A stretch of DNA of 63,557 bases, filler included, from Octopus bimaculoides (taxonomy: Eukaryota): the NCBI RefSeq assembly GCF_001194135.2. It is 5 parts of 5 records of this genome, joined end to end, with 100 filler letters (N's around TTAATTAATTAA, not from the genome) between each part and the next. Parts side by side here need not be neighbours in the genome. Positions count along the whole stretch, not along the records: positions 53,471 to 63,557 come from NC_068983.1; 4 more parts are not named here. One strand, 5' to 3'. The notes beneath the pieces are model-generated. The model was not told the DNA's origin. It saw only the letters and a program-made list of their open reading frames with translations, and ran no database searches. The position numbers and the translations under genes are program-made. Shown here one piece after another: positions 61,186 through 63,557 of this stretch; the stretch's first letter is position 1; every line of letters begins with the position of its first letter.

Positions 61186-61699
61186 CAAACTCGAAATTTT
61201 ATTATCAAACTCTATCTGCATAAATCAAAACTAGTCATGGATTACTGAGATGAACTTACCGAGGATTTAAATGCAAACTTTAAAATTTATTACTGAGGTA
61301 GACCTGCATAAATCTAAACCAGTAAATTTTAATCTATTTTCAAAAATACTTTCTCATATATTTTTCTAATTTTAGATCAACACCCGATATATTATAAAAA
61401 CTAATATAAGATATAAGAGATTACTGTGGTCTCGCATTAGGCAAGAAGTTGAAAATCTTTTTGGCACATGAAGTTGCACGGATCGTAAGCAAGGCATGTG
61501 TAAAATTTGAATGAAATTGGGTAGCACAGGTAAAATTTCTTTGATCATTTGTCATTTCACTTGTGCCATATGAATACATGATGTGGTTCTAGAGTCAGTT
61601 TTGAGCGCTATTCCCGGCATGGTGGTGCCTCTTCGGTATCCTTAATTATAATTATATTTATATCATTATATATCTATAATAATTATTACCTGTAAGGTT

Positions 61700-61910
61700 T
61701 TTTTACATCCTGGTCGCTAGATATGATGGTCTTATATATCTACATAATGGTCAACTCTTCGAAACGCTTAGTTTAGAATATGGGCAGCTGATGAAGGAAA
61801 TATTCTCTATGTGGCCTGTTTGTTTTTTGTCCTCTGTTTATGTTCTGTTTTTCATTTTGTCCACGTTTTTTTTGTGACGTCTTGTACCCAGATTTGCAAC
61901 TATATATACA
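61700..61910 (+). mobile_element. Possible PLE 3' tail remnant
   Basis: TCGAAACGCTTA...CAGCTGATGAAGGA followed by a T-rich tail, like the other PLE tails here. No coding remnant recognised. Confidence 0.3.
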
Positions 61911-61997
61911 TGTAGATGTAGGTATGTACATACATGTACGTATATATGCATATACTCACATATTATTTGTATTATATATATATATACATATTATTTG

Positions 61998-62040
<43 letters not shown>

Positions 62041-62134
62041 CATTTCGCTTAGGCATAGCGAATTTATAATGTTCAAGCATTCAATTTCAATATATCCAAA
62101 AAAATTTTCACATGTAGTACTTTTCGCCTTCCTA

Positions 62135-63018
62135 TATGAGTCATAATAAACATGTTAAATGTATTTATTTTGTAATAAAACCTTTGTCATAAGAAAGTTC
62201 CAAAATAGCGGTGTATTTATTTATGAAATATATAGGAATGCATTGTTTTGCAGTATGTCATTATCAGAAAAGGGGGTCTTATATAGAAATGTCAAAATAT
62301 TTTATCAGAATATCCGTCATATCAGAAAACAAATAGCAGAAAACCTAGTTCAAATAATTTTGTATCTAAGTTTAGCCTTATAATGTCATCAAGTGACGGA
62401 TAGAATCCTCTTCCTCCCAGCACATATTGGCAATCTAATCACTAAAAGTACCTCATTGTACCTTATTTGCCGGAGGCAATTGCTGCACTAATTGTTCCTT
62501 ATATGGATACAAATGCAGGTCTTGTTTTAAAATCCTTCTGACACTGGTTCACGAAATATTCAACTGTTGAGCCAATCGACGCTTGGTCTTTGAGGGACTT
62601 TGTTCAATAGAGTTCCTCACACTTTCGCAGTTCTATGCACTACGAAACATTCGTGGCCGATGTGGAGTTTTTTTCTTCTCGATATCGCCTGACCCATTGA
62701 CGTTTGTTACAGAAGGCAGAATCACCTTTCAGGATGGTGCCTGTCACTTCTCAAGATGCTATGGGAGTTTTTTGGGGGGCTACAACGATGGATCTTTGGC
62801 TGGTGAAGTATGCTTTGACCACATATGCAATTTCTCTTGGAGTCCACGACATTATGAGGGTCAGCAACACCAAGTACCTGTAAAAAATAGTAAAATCTTA
62901 GACACTATGTTGAACTCCTGTATATCAGTTATGTAATAAATATATTTGGTAGCTATGCAACTTTTATAATCCAAGATACTAACATTAAAAATATGTCCCA
63001 TAATTATGGGTCACTATA
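62135..63018 (-). mobile_element. Tc1/mariner rosa(DD41D)-like transposon remnant, probably internally deleted
   Basis: ATG at 62852: MSWTPREIAYVVKAYFTS.RSIV; RPR...ESVRNSIEQSP..KRRLAQQLNIS*TSVRRILKQDLHLYPYKEQLVQQL. TIR-like TATAGTGACCCATAATTATGGGACA near 63000. Subfamily assignment is from motif memory. Confidence 0.72.
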
Positions 63019-63186
63019 TACATATATATATATATATATATNNNNNNNNNNGTACGATCGTTTCATGCAACTCTATTTAATTGAACAATGCAATCATTAC
63101 ACCAATTTAAAATGCAAAGCAATCCTCAGCTGCACAAAGGCATAGAATTTAATTAAATTAGAACAGATGGACACATTAGTATAACC

Positions 63187-63557
63187 ATACCTAAGATCTC
63201 CCAGAAGTTAAGGAGACAGACAAAGAACATGTCTCTACTTCAGCATAGAAGTTACTGAATTATCAAGAAGACTCTGCCTGTTTTTTTATGACTATACCAA
63301 CTACGATTTTTTTATGACTATACCAACTATAATTTCTGTCTGCTCCCTCAACCCTAACCTTAACCGATACTGCCCTTTATTCTCTCAGTCTTAGATATAC
63401 AAGGATTTGATAAACTAGTCTATAAATTAAAACTGACCCCATAAAAACAAATAAAATCAGTGACAGGCTGAGTCTTCTTGATAATTTAGTAACTTCTATG
63501 CTGAAGTAGAGACATGTTCTATGTCTATCTCCTTAACTTCTTGGAGATTTTAGGTAT
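63187..63557. mobile_element. Young MITE-like element with 95-bp inverted repeats (may extend past the window end)
   Basis: 63187-63281 versus the reverse complement of 63463-63557 shows 6 mismatches in 95 nt. Confidence 0.88.

Noticed and set aside
61100-61325. ~88-bp-period diverged tandem repeat interrupted by (AT)n
   Set aside because: A real but ordinary decayed minisatellite; no coding or structural signal seen.

Overview
AT-rich animal genomic DNA from a gapped draft scaffold (many N runs; four 100-bp gaps carry an artificial TTAATTAATTAA linker). The tRNA-headed SINE families and extreme microsatellite load look like an Octopus genome; this is recognition from memory, not a database result. 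I find no prokaryotic features, no CRISPR array and no confidently identifiable host gene, only a few weak candidate exons. The window is repeat-dominated: three SINE families (my labels A, B, C), decayed L1/Tx1 and R4/Dong-type LINE pieces, two different Penelope-like elements (PLEs) joined in tandem, mariner and rosa-like Tc1/mariner remnants, Helitron pieces including a 91-bp mini-Helitron, and several inverted-repeat (MITE/fold-back) elements. The most notable signal is a set of minimal hammerhead-ribozyme-like motifs (about 3.3, 10.8, 13.5, 39.8, 54.0 and 57.8 kb) in PLE-like terminal sequence. Four of them carry the same non-canonical core CCGANGA (U4 to C) instead of CUGANGA. A fold-back element whose two arms each contain an outward-facing tRNA-like unit (39.1-39.6 kb) also deserves a look. 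Element boundaries are approximate unless exact motifs are quoted.
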